Below the pieces are notes generated by a model, which saw only the letters and a program-made list of their open reading frames with translations, did not search any database and was not told where the DNA came from. From Octopus bimaculoides (taxonomy: Eukaryota): DNA of 64,000 nucleotides. The stretch is taken from the NCBI RefSeq assembly GCF_001194135.2, contig NC_068991.1, forward strand, positions 78,312,226-78,376,225. Reading direction: 5' to 3'. Both the position numbers and the translations under genes were made by a program. Of the stretch, positions 42,701 through 57,200 are shown piece after piece; positions within the stretch are counted from its first letter, which is position 1; the number at the start of each line of letters is the position of its first letter.

Positions 42701-45700
42701 CACCTGGTTTAGAACATTTCATTGTAATTACAGGGTCAGAGTAAGCAAGGCTTCCTCTCTGGTGACCTAAATATTCCATCAGTTCATTGATTTGGACTGG
42801 TACTTTAATCAACCCTGCAAACTTAATGTTTTAGTCCTCAGAATACAATGTTAAATGTAATGCGTATTTATTCAGATTGTTTTGAATTAATCATGCATTA
42901 TCCTCTTTGAGATTTCAATGATGTGATTGTTTATTTTTAGAATGACATTGTGGGGTAGGGTGTGGGAGGCCAGATTTGGTCAATTTGAACATAAAACCAG
43001 ATATGACTGGTTTAAATGCAAAAGGGTTCAAGCAAGGTTTTTATCTCAGTCAAGAGGGCCAGAGCAAATTAGCCAGAGGGCAATTTAACCTGCTGCTCTG
43101 AGGACAACCAGCTTCCAGAATAATGGTATGTGCCACATAAATTGATATCTAAAAGATGTAAATTGAATGTGTTGCTATATTAATGTCTAATATAAACATT
43201 GAACAACTGAAGAGAAATGGATGTTGCTGATCATAAATATATATATAAAAAGATGGTTTGAAAACATGAGCGTAATAGAAATATTGTTGATTATTTGTTT
43301 GGCATGTTGACAAAAATTCATTAGTTAATTAATGAGCTTTCCCAATTTTAATACTCATTATTGAATTTGAGGGTTATTTTTCTCTATTGATATAGATTTT
43401 GTCCTGCTGTAGTTATTATTGTACTCCAGTATTTGGCATCACAAAGCAATTTTTTTTTTCGTCTTAATAAACGTGTATAGTTTTATGACTTAGAGAAACT
43501 GTGTGATGGCCTGTTAGTCATTCGAGTTGTACTGTTGGCTGGGGTTCTGCAATATATTTTTTGAGCCTTGTCCACAAAGTATTTCCTTTGTCGATGCAGC
43601 TCTCTCCAGTCTGGTTGGTGGTAGCTGTCAAGAATGACAATGATAGAAAAGCCCAAAACAAAAAGTCCACTGCAATCAAGACTGGTTCCATAAATAGAGA
43701 AAACCACTTTCATCACCAAAACTTCAGTGTTACACATAGTCTGAAGAGATGGCAGATTGGATGCTATAATACTCTTTTCAGTCCACTTGTACTCAGATGT
43801 AGGTCTAGTTTAATTTGTGATTGTTAGTAATTAGATAAGAAATACATGCAGGAATGGTGTTCAAGAAAGATATGGTGCAGAAAATTCAGTTAACTGTGTA
43901 AAAAGAAACCTCTGCTGGTTTCAATAATAGATCAGTAGTTTTTGTTAAGACTCTGGATTAAGATATTCTTTATTGTAGATTTAGATAACTTATTTCTAGC
44001 AGAGACTACAGAGGCTCTCTTATCAGTTAATGGTTGTAGTGGGTAGTGATTGAAGAGTTGTATCACTAGATAAGGTGATCAAGTGTTTTTTGGATGAGGT
44101 TTAAATCAAGTTTGTTGTTAGTAGGGCGGGGGTGGGGGTGGTCCCAGATCAATCTTGTTCAGGTAGACTTAAGCCTAAAGCTTTCAAACAATCCATCTAT
44201 ATATTTACATATATATATTGAGCATTTTGTACTCTAATGTGTAGAGTGTAATTAAAAGATATTTGGTTGTTAATTCTAGCAGCTTAAGTGGCCATGTAGA
44301 GGACCAGTCTTTAGCTTGAGGCTGTAATACTTGAGTGTAGGGAAAAATTTGTATATTGTAAAGGGTTACCTTCTGTTAAAGATTTCTATAATTTGAAGAA
44401 GAAACCGATTTTTATTTGTCTGATGACCACAATTTATCTTTCATAACCTCTTCTTTGAACTATTACAATTGCTATCTTGTCTAAAAAATGGTGTTTTCTT
44501 CATTTAAGCACATGGAATATGACTCTGAGGCAGTTCAGGCTATCAGACAGCTGAATGGATACTCAGTCTGCAATTCAAGAATTCGAGTTGAGGTAAAAGA
44601 AAAAAAAAAAAATTCTTTTTTTGTTCTATCAAACCTTGTTTGTTGTATGAGTGTATGTTTGTGAACTGAAATAAGTATCCATAAGTTAGAATGAAAAACT
44701 GTTTTTAAGGTTTATATTGAAATATCGTTTAGTCATTCTGGCTATATCAAAGTATTTAAATATCCATAAATTAGACTTTTTTTTGTTTCTTTGGGTTTTT
44801 AATGATGCTTGTATATGTTTAAGCATCATTTACATTATTCTGCCGCTAGCTATCATCTGTTAGGTCAAGCTTGTTGGTTTAGATTGATTTGTTATCCTGA
44901 CTTCATCCTGGAGTACGGGTGGGGCTCATTGCTAATCTTATTGATCTCTTATATTGGATCAGTGTTGAAGTATTTTCTAAAAATACTTAAGCAAGAGAGA
45001 CATTTCCACTGGTTATTAAAGACCCTTTACTGTTTGTCATCCTTTATTTATAAAGCACGAGTGAAGTGTATCTTGTGTTATTTAGTCTGCAGGAAGCTTT
45101 TAGAGATAGAAGTTTCTAATTCTGAATATCTTCCAATATTCAGCACATTTGTTTTAAAAATAAAAAAGATTGGAGAGAGGGCATGATAATGAAAAAAAAT
45201 CATTGTAATTAAGAATCTATTCTGAGTTGAATTTAGTGATTAAATCATGATGAAAGAAATTGATATTTTAATTTCCAGGTACAATAAATATTTTTAATTT
45301 TAATGTAGATTTAGGAGATTTAATGATAGTTTAAAATGTCTAGACCAAAAATGATTTTGGTTGCACAAGATATTTTAAGCTTAGTTTAATTGAAAACATT
45401 AGTTACATTTTATTTAATTTCAACTAATTTAAGTTTTCTTTTATAAACACTAATATTTTCTCAGATTTATTCATGTCAGATTTTATCCTTGATGACTGAC
45501 ATCCATTCTCAAACTAAAACTTTTAGAATTAGTATTTTTTTTTTTTGTTTCCAAGATTTATAAAAATAAAATTTAATTTTTGTTTAATATGACAAATGAG
45601 TGGCTTTGTGTCTTACCAGTGATATTTACTTTTATATTTTCCCAATATTAAATGAGATAGCCTCTAAATAAAATAGCAACTAACAGAAAATTGCTAATTT

Positions 45701-48700
45701 TGTCCCGTCGTTTATGACTTGCATATGAAGTTTTAATTATAATTTTGATTTTCTTAATTGATCTAATGATACTGGGGCATTTTTGTTTCCAAAAATGAAA
45801 AAACATGTTCTAAAATTATAGTAATAGATATACTAACAACTCACCGTATCTGTTATCAGTGTTTGTCTTGCAACAGAATTTTGCTTGTAGTGAGCAATGA
45901 ACTGTTTCTTTGTGCTTTGTTGTTGTTGTTGTTTTTAGTCAAACTTGCATCTCAAAATTTAGTTGAGATTTCAACTAATTAAGATTTTGAGTCCTCGTAT
46001 TGCTTATTAACTTGTTTCATTTACTAATCAGTTGATGTTGCTCTATGAGAGTTAGTGGTGTGTGTGTGTGTGAACCGAGAGAGGGAGGAATTGTTTGTAT
46101 TTTGTGTTTGGTTTATTTGTACAGCATGCCTTGTTAGTTCCATGAAATGTAATAAAATAAAGATTTAGGTTTAGTAGTTTTTTTTTGCTCATTTTTAATT
46201 CTGCCTTGGCTTTTCAAACCACAAATAAAAACAACTAATGATGAAAAAATGGCAAAAATAAAGATGTTTTTGTTTCATTTTGGAGAAATTTTGGTTTAAT
46301 AAGTAGACATACCTTACTTCGTTGTACTCTATAAACTGAGTTTTAATCAATAAAATGGAAGAATGGCATTGCATGCACCACATGCAGTGTAAACTTCCCA
46401 GCTTTACGCTGCATGTACTGCACACATTCTTCATTTCTTTTGAAGTGGGCACTGGCCAAAATGAATTTCTTGAAATATCTAGTGTAATTAGAACTCGTAT
46501 TTCTCGTATGTCAATTAAAAAATTTCATTATAGTAATATCGACAATTAGTACTTTCATTTTGTTCTGTTTAAGAAAAAAACGAAACAAAATAAAGCAATT
46601 GTTCTGGGTTGGGTTTCTGTGGCATACTGCAGTGGTACTGCATTAGCTGCAGTTTGTGTACATGCACAGAAGTACTGCTGCAGTTTTAGTGTTAAAAATG
46701 CTAATAATACATGCAATAAATTAATTTTCTTGAGAACACCACAGAGGCAAGATTTGTGAGTTTATTAGGAAGCTTAATTCGTATTTGAAGCAATGTCGTA
46801 GGTGCCCACGAGAAAAAGGGGGTCACAATTTGTTTGCCCTCGTGTATTAGTAAACTCATTTGGATATGATTAGTTATCTCGTTCATTTGTGTATGCAAAA
46901 GCTATCAATCGACAGAGCTGGCAGCTAACTTGGTCTATTGCTTCAATGTATCATTCAACCATGCTGAAAATCAGTTACTCTAAAAATATTGTGCATAGGT
47001 TTGAATTTCCAGATCCATCCAACCAAAATAACATAACAGAAGTTTAAAAAATTTTTTGCAGCTGGATTACAGTTTTATATGTACATATAACTGTGTGTGT
47101 GTGTCTGTGTGTGTTGACAGACTAGCTAATTTGCTTTTGTAGTTTGCTTGTATGTAATTAATGTTCAATGGACAGACTATGTTCCGCTATGTGCTTGTGA
47201 TTTTGTGTGTGTGATATTTATGTATTCACAATATATGTATGTATATACATAAAAACACACACTTGACGTATGCACAGTGAAAACTGCTTATTATTATTAT
47301 TATCATCGTGGATAATGTCATCAGATGGCTATCGAAATTAGCGGGCCCCAAAGATGCTCGTAAAAATGTTTATCTTCTGCTTGATGTTATTGGCAGCTTT
47401 ATTGTTATCTGAAAGACTCTGTCCCAAACTGATAATAATAAGCAGTTTCCACTATATATTTTATGTCCATTTTGCACTTTGACATGGGGTTCGACTATTA
47501 TATTGTATGTGTATTATTGAGGTATTGAGGTTTGTTTCTCTTTCTCTATGGAAATTCTTCATTATTTTGCTACAGGTCTTCCTCCATTTATTTTGTCTTG
47601 TTTGCCTGTCTCTTTGGCTGTTGCCTATCTCCCTGGCTCTTTTCTGCTCTCTCTCTCTCTCTCTCGTTTATTTCAACCACATCTCTTTATAATACTTTAT
47701 TTTTCTCCTGCTGGCTCAGTCACTCTTTTTTTTTTTCCAAATTATGTTTTTCACATTAACTTTTTTTAGTTCCCTTTTCTCTCTTATAAAACTCTTATCT
47801 TCATACAACCATTCCTTTCTTATGTTATTCCTTCCTTTCTTCCTTGACCGCTTAATAGTTTCTTTCCATCTTTCATCTCACAACTGTTTTCTCTTTCCAT
47901 GTTTCTGTAGCATGATAGGGGGAAAGAAAAAAATAAAGGCATCAGCAAGCAGAAAAGGGGACAGCTGCTTCGTACTTTTATGTAGAAAATATACAAGTAT
48001 AGTGTATGTATACAATACACACACACACACACACCCGTATGAATACACACCCACATACATACACTATGTTTGTGTATCGATGTTTCTCAACCTTCCTTTG
48101 TCTCACATTCCTTCATTTTTCCAAAAAGAAGTTTTAATTAAATTGTTTTTACAAGATTTTGCTTGTTTCTTGTTGTAAAGTGATCTATGTCCCACCTTGA
48201 GAAACATTGGTGTGTGTATGGCATATGTTAATATAACCTATGTAAGCATTGGAAAACAAAAATTATATATGAACGCACATGTGTGGGGATAAAATGCATG
48301 TATATTATTATATAGTGTGCTGAGTTGTCAATTGTCCTTCAATATTTCTTTTGGCTCCTGACACACCACGTTCAAACCCTGCCATAGTCAACTTTGCATT
48401 TCATCCTTGCAGGGTCGATAGAATAAAGCACCAGTCAAGTGCTGTAGTTGGTTTGGTTGACTTGCCTTGTGCCTTTTTTAGAAACGATATACAAGATTGT
48501 CATATATAATATATATATATATATTGCAGTCTTGTCTAAGTTCCTTCATGTTTTGCCCTTTTTTATTTTTGTTTATCCTCATGTTTTGTTTATTGTTAAC
48601 ATTCCCTTAAAAAAAACCCTAATTTTTTTTTTGTTGCATTATTATGGTGTTAAAAATCCAAAAACAAACTCAGTCTATGATAGTGTGTAGAATTGTGAGG

Positions 48701-50932
48701 CTGTTTCTGTTTTGAGGTACAGATTTTGGAGTCCTTTTCTAATACTCAAATTAATTGTGTGAAAATAACTACAATTTTGAAAGCTGATATTTATTTAAAA
48801 ATAGTACATTTTAAATCATTTATATTCATTTTCTGGAATATCAGTATTTTATTTCCNNNNNNNNNNNNNNTAATAAACATTACAAAGTGCTCTTTTCAGA
48901 TTAAATAATCAAAGCTTCCAATTTATAAAATAGATAAAAAAAAGCAAAAAGAGTTTAATTCTTGCCTGCTTCTCTCTTCAACTGCAAAGATGCGAAAATA
49001 AATTATACTTGAAGCAGTGTTCATGAAACTATTTATATCATATTTATTATATCCAGTAGTTTGTTTGGATTTGATTTCCAATGGTTTCAAATTTTCATTC
49101 TTTTAGTCTGACTTTCAAACTGATTAAACTAAATTATTATTTGTATAAAGACTATATATGCCATACGTTTGTAAACTTTATAATGTATTTCTTAATATCT
49201 GGGCACCTCTCCAGATGTTGGGATCTATGTTGTTTTCTAATCTGAAGACACATGAAATCACATATTATGCCCTCCATTAGTCTATATATATGAAATGGCA
49301 GATAAAAGTATTCATTTGTGAGACCATGGTAAATTGGATTTTTATAGCCCTGAACTTAGGGGAATTTCAATATCATTCTTTAAGATAAGCAGTTCTCTTG
49401 GCTTGCAGCTGAACAACCATGTATTTCTAAGTAAAATGTAGGTCAAGGAATTAAGTTGTTCATCATTCTCTAAACTTACACTAAACCAAGGTCAACAAAC
49501 TTTTTTGACAGCATAAACCTGATGAAATATTTTGGTTTTATGTAGCTTCACATTCTTAAAATAAAAAAGAAGTTTTTAAACAAATTTGTTTTATATCCTG
49601 ATATTAGTCAGTGACTTATTAACAAAATTATTTTCCATTGATATCCCTGTTTGTATTTGTGGAATGTGGTAAACTCTCCGTTAACTGATGCCACAAACCA
49701 GTTGTGATTTCTTCATTTAAAATCATTTGACAGCACTTATATTACTAACGTCTTCAGGAAAGTTGTGGATGCTGCAATCTGCCATTTACACTCTTCATCA
49801 CAAAAAAGAAAAAAATCTTAAAGTATATTGATACTGGACATCATAAGCATCTAATTCATTTGCGACAGGTCCACCAATGGCTGATCTGCTACTCTTAAAA
49901 TTAAAATTAATCCTTAAAATGTTTAAGAAAATCTTTATAAGAATTGAAGTTGAGTAAAAAGAAGCTATTTTGTTCAGTGATATAGAAATTCACTTGTTCT
50001 ATCTTAACTCTTTCATCACTGTATCTCTCATAAAATAAAACTGCTTTCTCTGCTCCAGTTGATTTTGAAATTAAAATAATGAATTTGGTGAGATTAATCA
50101 GGAGTCTGGACGTAAAAGGTTATTAATAGTAAATATGCACAGGATTGTTTCCTTAGAAGCAGTGCCACAGACAGGTTGGTACCTTGGTTTAAGTGCAGAG
50201 TACAATCAATGCATTATTACATTTTATTTTTTGGTGTTCAAGTTCTATCACTGCGGTTACCAATTTGTTTAATAACAAAGCTGGCAGATTGGATTGGCTT
50301 TGAGATCTTTTTCCTATGATGAATTTACCTGTCATTTCACTCAGAATGGCTTATCATATGGTGAGGCCGGAAGCTGACTTTCAATAATCCATATTACTTC
50401 ACATACATATTTGCTGCTAAGTTCTCTGATAACAACCATTGTTAAAAAAATAAAAGGTTAAATTTAAAGCTTTAACTGCCGTTGAAAGTTTTTCAGAAGC
50501 AGTCAATTCTTGCACACAAACACATGTATGCATATAATCCTACAAGCATGATTCCTTAGATTCTTGATATTTGCTCCAAATTATTTATCTTGCCTTTTAG
50601 CAATCGCTTGAAAGCAGACCTGTTCTATTCAGCCTATCTGAAAGGGAGAATTCACTCAGGTCTTAATTATTAACTCTGGGATATAATAAATTATACTTGC
50701 TTCATCTCTGATGAAAGCTGCTATAATTCTTTCCTAATTTATGTGAAAGTTTTCTGATAGATGTACTTGTGATAGTTTTCTTTTGTCACTGTCAACTATG
50801 GCTACCACACTTCAATTCTTAAACCATGACAATGTTCAATATGATTTTTTTGGGGAAAAATAAAAATAAAATGGTATTCATCAATGAAAATGTTTGTTGC
50901 CTATATATGCGCATTGCATATGCGTGTGTTTG

Positions 50933-50980
<48 letters not shown>

Positions 50981-53900
50981 CATACATATATATATGTCTG
51001 TATATACATGTATAACTTGAATTCATGCATATATAGGCATTAATGATGGGGAGTGGGGAAGCAGCTCATTAAACGATTCGTTTTGAATTAAGCAAAGGGT
51101 ATATAAAATTTCCACAATCTTATACGATTCTCTTTTTAATTCTGTTTATAATTAGTTGCTTCAAAATATAATTGTAGGTGGTTATTCATTCCTTTATTCA
51201 TGATTATAATTATTTTTGGAATGTTTAAGCAAATTCAAAAAAGAAAAGAAAGAAATCATTTGTTGATAGATTTTTTTTATAGCCCTTATAATGCCATATA
51301 TATTAACAAACCAAAAAGATTACACCATAGCCTATTTTAGAAATTTATATAAAATATTTTCTGGCTATGTTTATAGATATTTAATTCAATATTAAAAGAC
51401 TCTTGAATCTATTTCATCAAACATAATGCTATACAAAAAATTCTGTTCAAAAATAAATTTTGGTGCAATTTTATTGGAAACTTAAGGCATACATTTTAAA
51501 TCTTGTAATATATATTTCAGAAAAAGGGATATAAAATTAATTTCACTGCATATACAAACTCTCTCTGTGGGTGTTTGTATCTATGCATGTAAATATATAT
51601 ATATATATTTGTGTATGTATATGCATACACATATTGAGATTAAAGGTATATCCGTTACCATCCATGGTTTTACTGACTTTTTTCAAAGTATTGAAAGTAG
51701 CTTGTGTTGTATGTATATATATATATATATAAATATATGTGTGTATAAATACTCCTTGGAATTGGCCGATAGATTTAATAAACGCACTTTACTTTCCAAA
51801 GTAGCTATTTCAATGTTTAGATGGCAAATTGTTGTTGTTGTTGTTGTGCAAATTCATACCACCTCCGTGTTTATCAGTGTTAGGGCCAATCCCCAAATTC
51901 AGCCGTAACGCTTCAGAGTACTAAATTGCTGCCAGCTTTTCAAGGACGGACCGTTATTTAGTTTGCGCCTGTGTCATCGTGAATAGATTCTGCCAAGCCC
52001 CCTGACGTAAACAAGAATAGCATTCCCAAGGACATGGAAGTCCCCAGCGAGCGTCATAAAGGTATGTTAAAGTGGTTTTACGTTCTGCAGATATTTTTGC
52101 GTGCGTTCCTTTTTACTAGTTTATGATTGAATAGAGAAAGTGTACTCAATCTGTGTGGCTGTGTGTTGTGTTGTGTGTTGTCAGGATCTGTTCTGAAATG
52201 CCAGAGTGCCAACCTGCCAATGTTGTTGATTTGTGACATAAAGTGTGCTTGAGTGAATGTGCATGTGTATAAATGCTTCAATTAATGTATGTATGGTGCA
52301 GGCATGGCCAAATGATGAAGCAGTTTTGTTTCAGAAGTATTTGGTCTTGGGTTCAATCTCACTGTGCAGCACATTGGACAAATTTCTTCTACCGTAGCCT
52401 TCGGTTGACCCAAATCTTGTGAGTGAAATTGGCCAGGTAGAAACCAAAAGCCTGTCAGATGGATAGGACTTTTTGAAAGGTCAACCATGTTGCTATATCA
52501 TTGATTCCGCCTGAGGATTACAGTGAATGTACAATACTCAGAACCTTACATTATCTTATGGTCAATGACTGTGTAGTCCGATCAAAGAACTGAAATAATT
52601 CTTGTTTAAACGAAGAGAGGAAACATTTGCTATTTTATACACGTGTATATTTTAGTTAATGTTTTGTTTTTTTTTAATGAAATTTGGAAAGCTTCTTAGA
52701 GTTAACTGTTAATTTTTTTTCTTTCAAAATTCAAATTGGGTGAACTTTCGTGCCAAAGTGAAGTTTCTACTCACTAAATATTATATTTGGTGTGTTCTCC
52801 AATCCATTCAGTACTACTGTTTCCGCTGCGTAAACAATTTGTACAAAACATCTGCGACGTGTTGATCAGCATCGTTCAGTTGCGTAAGTTAGAATATGGT
52901 GATCTCCTCGTCCTCTTTTAAAAACTATTCGGTCTACACACTGCGTTGTTAAGCGTGTTTCCCACAACTTGGAGCATTGCCCGTTCTATGTTTTCAGAAA
53001 AACAAAAACAAAAATCGAAATGCGTTATCTATTCGTTCTTAATTTTATTGACCGAAAATCATCGATTAATTTTTGAAGAAGCATCTCTTTACTTTTGGTA
53101 ATTTGTCAGTTTTCTAAAATTGAAAATAAGGATTAAACACATGTAATGCAAATACAGCTGAACTGATAATTATCTAATTTTCAAAATTAATTATTAGGAT
53201 GTTGGTAATTCGTGAAAGCTGCTGCTCATTTTTGTAGTTTTATTTTATTTAATATTGGAAGCTCTACAGAAATGAACCAACTTGTTTCTGTTTTGTCCTA
53301 TATTTCATATATCATTGACATTATTTCTTTTTCAGCTCATTTCATTTTTCACTTATTTAAAAAAAAAAAAAAAAAGATCTGGTCGTGTTGGATTGAGAAT
53401 CTACAATTTCTTTTGCTATCTGCTTTTTGTGGAAGATGTTTTAGGCTTTAGACTGTGGTTATCTTTATATTTACTAACATTTTTGAGAATTGATTTTTAA
53501 ATATCATTGCAAATATTGAAAATAATTTTAAGGAAATGAAAATTTATCAAACCAAACATTGGGAAGAGAGTGGTAATGATTTTCTATGTTATCAACATTT
53601 ATTTGATTGGAGAGTCATTAGAAGAGTTCAAGGAATGGAGAAACTAAGCATTCCGTGCTTTTATCCATCATCTCAGCTTGAGGAAGATAAAGTGTTTTCA
53701 CTTGGGTTATGANNNNNNNNNNNNNNNNNNNNNNNNNNNNNNNNNNNNNNNNNNNNNNNNNNNNNNNNNNNNNNNNNNNNNNNNNNNNNNNNNNNNNNNN
53801 NNNNNNNNNNNNNNNNNNNNNNNNNNNNNNNNNNNNNNNNNNNNNNNNNNNNNNNNNNNNNNNNNNNNNNNNNNNNNNNNNNNNNNNNNNNNNNNNNNNN

Positions 53901-54170
53901 NNNNNNNNNNNNNNNNNNNNNNNNNNNNNNNNNNNNNNNNNNNNNNNNNNNNNNNNNNNNNNNNNNNNNNNNNNNNNNNNNNNNNNNNNNNNNNNNNNNN
54001 NNNNNNNNNNNNNNNNNNNNNNNNNNNNNNNNNNNNNNNNNNNNNNNNNNNNNNNNNNNNNNNNNNNNNNNNNNNNNNNNNNNNNNNNNNNNNNNNNNNN
54101 NNNNNNNNNNNNNNNNNNNNNNNNNNNNNNNNNNNNNNNNNNNNNNNNNNNNNNNNNNNNNNNNNNNNNN

Positions 54171-54223
<53 letters not shown>

Positions 54224-57200
54224 TTATATATACACACTTGCAAATTTTATTGTTTGATATTTGTCTGCTTTAGTCTTGCTTCATTTTAGTTGCTAAAGCA
54301 ATTTTTTTTTATTTCTTTTCCAGGTTGACCCCTTGCATATTGGAACATCTGATTATTCTGTATCAGCAGATTTGGCGACGCCTTCATATTTTAAGAACCA
54401 CATAGTCATGCCACTCAAGAGTATAGCATCCAGTATCAAATAAAGTATTTTAGACTTGTTGAGTCTTTGAGAATCTTATTCCATTATTGTACTCTGTTCT
54501 GTAATTCAATTGCTAAAATGTGGGGTAAAATTGAAAGTTTTACTGTTTTCTTGTAACATTTTAATCGTCATGATTTAAAGGTATAAAAATATCAAACACA
54601 TCTTCAATGGGTAGCAAACACTGGTTTTACGTAACATTTCTATACGGTGTCTTAATATTCCTGGTCTTCAAAATCTGTACCTCTTAATTCACTCCTATGG
54701 TTTACACTTTGTTGCATGCTTTTTGCAATTGAGGATTTTTACAAGTTTTTCTTATGTTGTGTGTGTGTGCGTGTGTAAGTCACAAAAGAAACCAATTTTA
54801 TCCATTAAAAAATGCTAATTCAATGGTTTAGAATGGATTTTTAAATCATTCTGTGTAGGGAATTCTTGCTGATTTCTTGCATTTTCCTTTCAGTTGTCAC
54901 ATGGTAAAAAGACAGAAAATGCTGACAAAAAGCCAACAGATAGAGCATTTCCGTGAGTTGCTTGACATTATTTTGTTTTCTCCGTTTTATTTTAAAAACT
55001 TCATTCCAATTAGCTCTGTTAATTAACTCTTGATCCCAACACGTGCCTCAGACCTCTTGGTGACAATACAAAACAGCCCATTTCAAAATGTTCATATTTG
55101 AATTAAAATTGTTGACCAATTCAAACAGCAGCTTAAAAGCAACAAATTCTTGGTTATGAAAAGGTTAACGTGTTTGGTAGCACCCTATCTGAGGCCTCTT
55201 GTTTTATGGTACACAACCTATTTTAAAGTGTTCATATTTAAGTTTTAAATTTTTTTATCGGAATTTTGTACAAGAACATGCTGAGAAATCATTTTACTAA
55301 ATTTGTAGTTTTTTTTAAAATTAATTCCCAAATTTATTCAAATACAGGCAATGCATTTTATTAAAGTATTATTGTGAAGACTTAACCATTAATTCCCTTT
55401 TCTTTCTAGCAAGGGGTAAACCCAACATTAAGTTTTGCACGTTGGGGAATTTGACCCACTGAATCCTAGTGTATGATCAGAGGACACAGTTCATAGCTTC
55501 AGTTCATTTTGACCCTCATAACCTCTCTAACTTTTGAATGCATCAATAACACAATGTGAAGAGGCCTGTATGTTTATTGGAAATTATTTTGATAGGGGTC
55601 AAACATCTCAGCCAGCCATTCAGTTTTATTTAATCTGTTTAGTTCTTGGGTACATTCTGAAGACATTCACTACTACTATGGTTCAAATTCATAATTCCTG
55701 TAATTGTGATCTTTCTCAAGAATTTAGAACAAAATTATCAACTGCTTTTAAATATTCCTGGGTTCTGGGGAATAATGTTGGTTTCATTTGGCTTTTATTC
55801 TTTTAAAATTCTCTGTGTTGCTTATGCATCTGTGGTTCATCATGTACTTGTGTTTTGTCTATTGAAGACCAAGAAAGCCTTTGGGCCAAGGAGGACTATC
55901 CAATTTTAACAGTCGTTTCACACCCGGCAGCTTTAACAACAACAACAGCAACAACAACAACAACTGGCCAGACAACTATGACCAAAGGCCACGGTTTCGT
56001 GACAACTTCCCAGATTATTATGAAAGGGATGGACGAATGTCGTCTGTTCCAGACAGGTATCCAGGTGGACCGATGTCCGACAGAATGGGATCCATGCAAG
56101 ACAGGTACCCTGCCCAAGGACCGCCAAGAGATCGCATGATGCCTCCACCACACTCAGAAAGATTCCCTTCCTCCCAGCCTGACAGAATGAGACCCTCCAG
56201 TCCATTTGATCGAAGGGGAGCACCACCGCCTCCTCATGCAATGAGAGACAACTACTATATGGACAGAGACCCTTACTACCGTGAGAGAAGCCCTCTTTCT
56301 CGGATGCCTCCCGATTATTATGATAGAAATATGAAAAGGTCAGTATTTTTCCTTTTTTGATTGTTACCACGTTTTATGATTATGTATTGATTTAGTCGAT
56401 CCTCTCTTCTTACGGAAATCTCTCTTACCTCACTTTTCGTTTTCCTTACAGAGACTACCCACCTTCTCCTTACCAGAATAACGATAACATGGGTGGCTTC
56501 AAGAGAGACACTCCGATGGGTCGAGACATGGGTATGCGATCGATGGGCATGGACGCTCCAGTCCGAGACCAGATGCCATCTTCTCGTGGTGGAATGGAAC
56601 CAATGAGGAGAGACAATATGGTTGGCAATAGGGGTCCTGGTCCTATGGGGGTCGGTCGAGATGCCTACAGGCAAGGAGGAGATTCAATGGACCATCACAA
56701 CATGGNNNNNNNNNNNNNNNNNNNNNNNNNNNNNNNNNNNNNNNNNNNNNNNNNNNNNNNNNNNNNNNNNNNNNNNNNNNNNNNNNNNNNNNNNNNNNNN
56801 NNNNNNNNNNNNNNNNNNNNNNNNNNNNNNNNNNNNNNNNNNNNNNNNNNNNNNNNNNNNNNNNNNNNNNNNNNNNNNNNNNNNNNNNNNNNNNNNNNNN
56901 NNNNNNNNNNNNNNNNNNNNNNNNNNNNNNNNNNNNNNNNNNNNNNNNNNNNNNNNNNNNNNNNNNNNNNNNNNNNNNNNNNNNNNNNNNNNNNNNNNNN
57001 NNNNNNNNNNNNNNNNNNNNNNNNNNNNNNNNNNNNNNNNNNNNNNNNNNNNNNNNNNNNNNNNNNNNNNNNNNNNNNNNNNNNNNNNNNNNNNNNNNNN
57101 NNNNNNNNNNNNNNNNNNNNNNNNNNNNNNNNNNNNNNNNNNNNNNNNNNNNNNNNNNNNNNNNNNNNNNNNNNNNNNNNNNNNNNNNNNNNNNNNNNNN

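Noticed and set aside
47507-48178. Cluster of overlapping F/L/S-rich ORFs suggesting a membrane protein
   Set aside because: Product of a CT-rich low-complexity intronic tract; no splice or homology support
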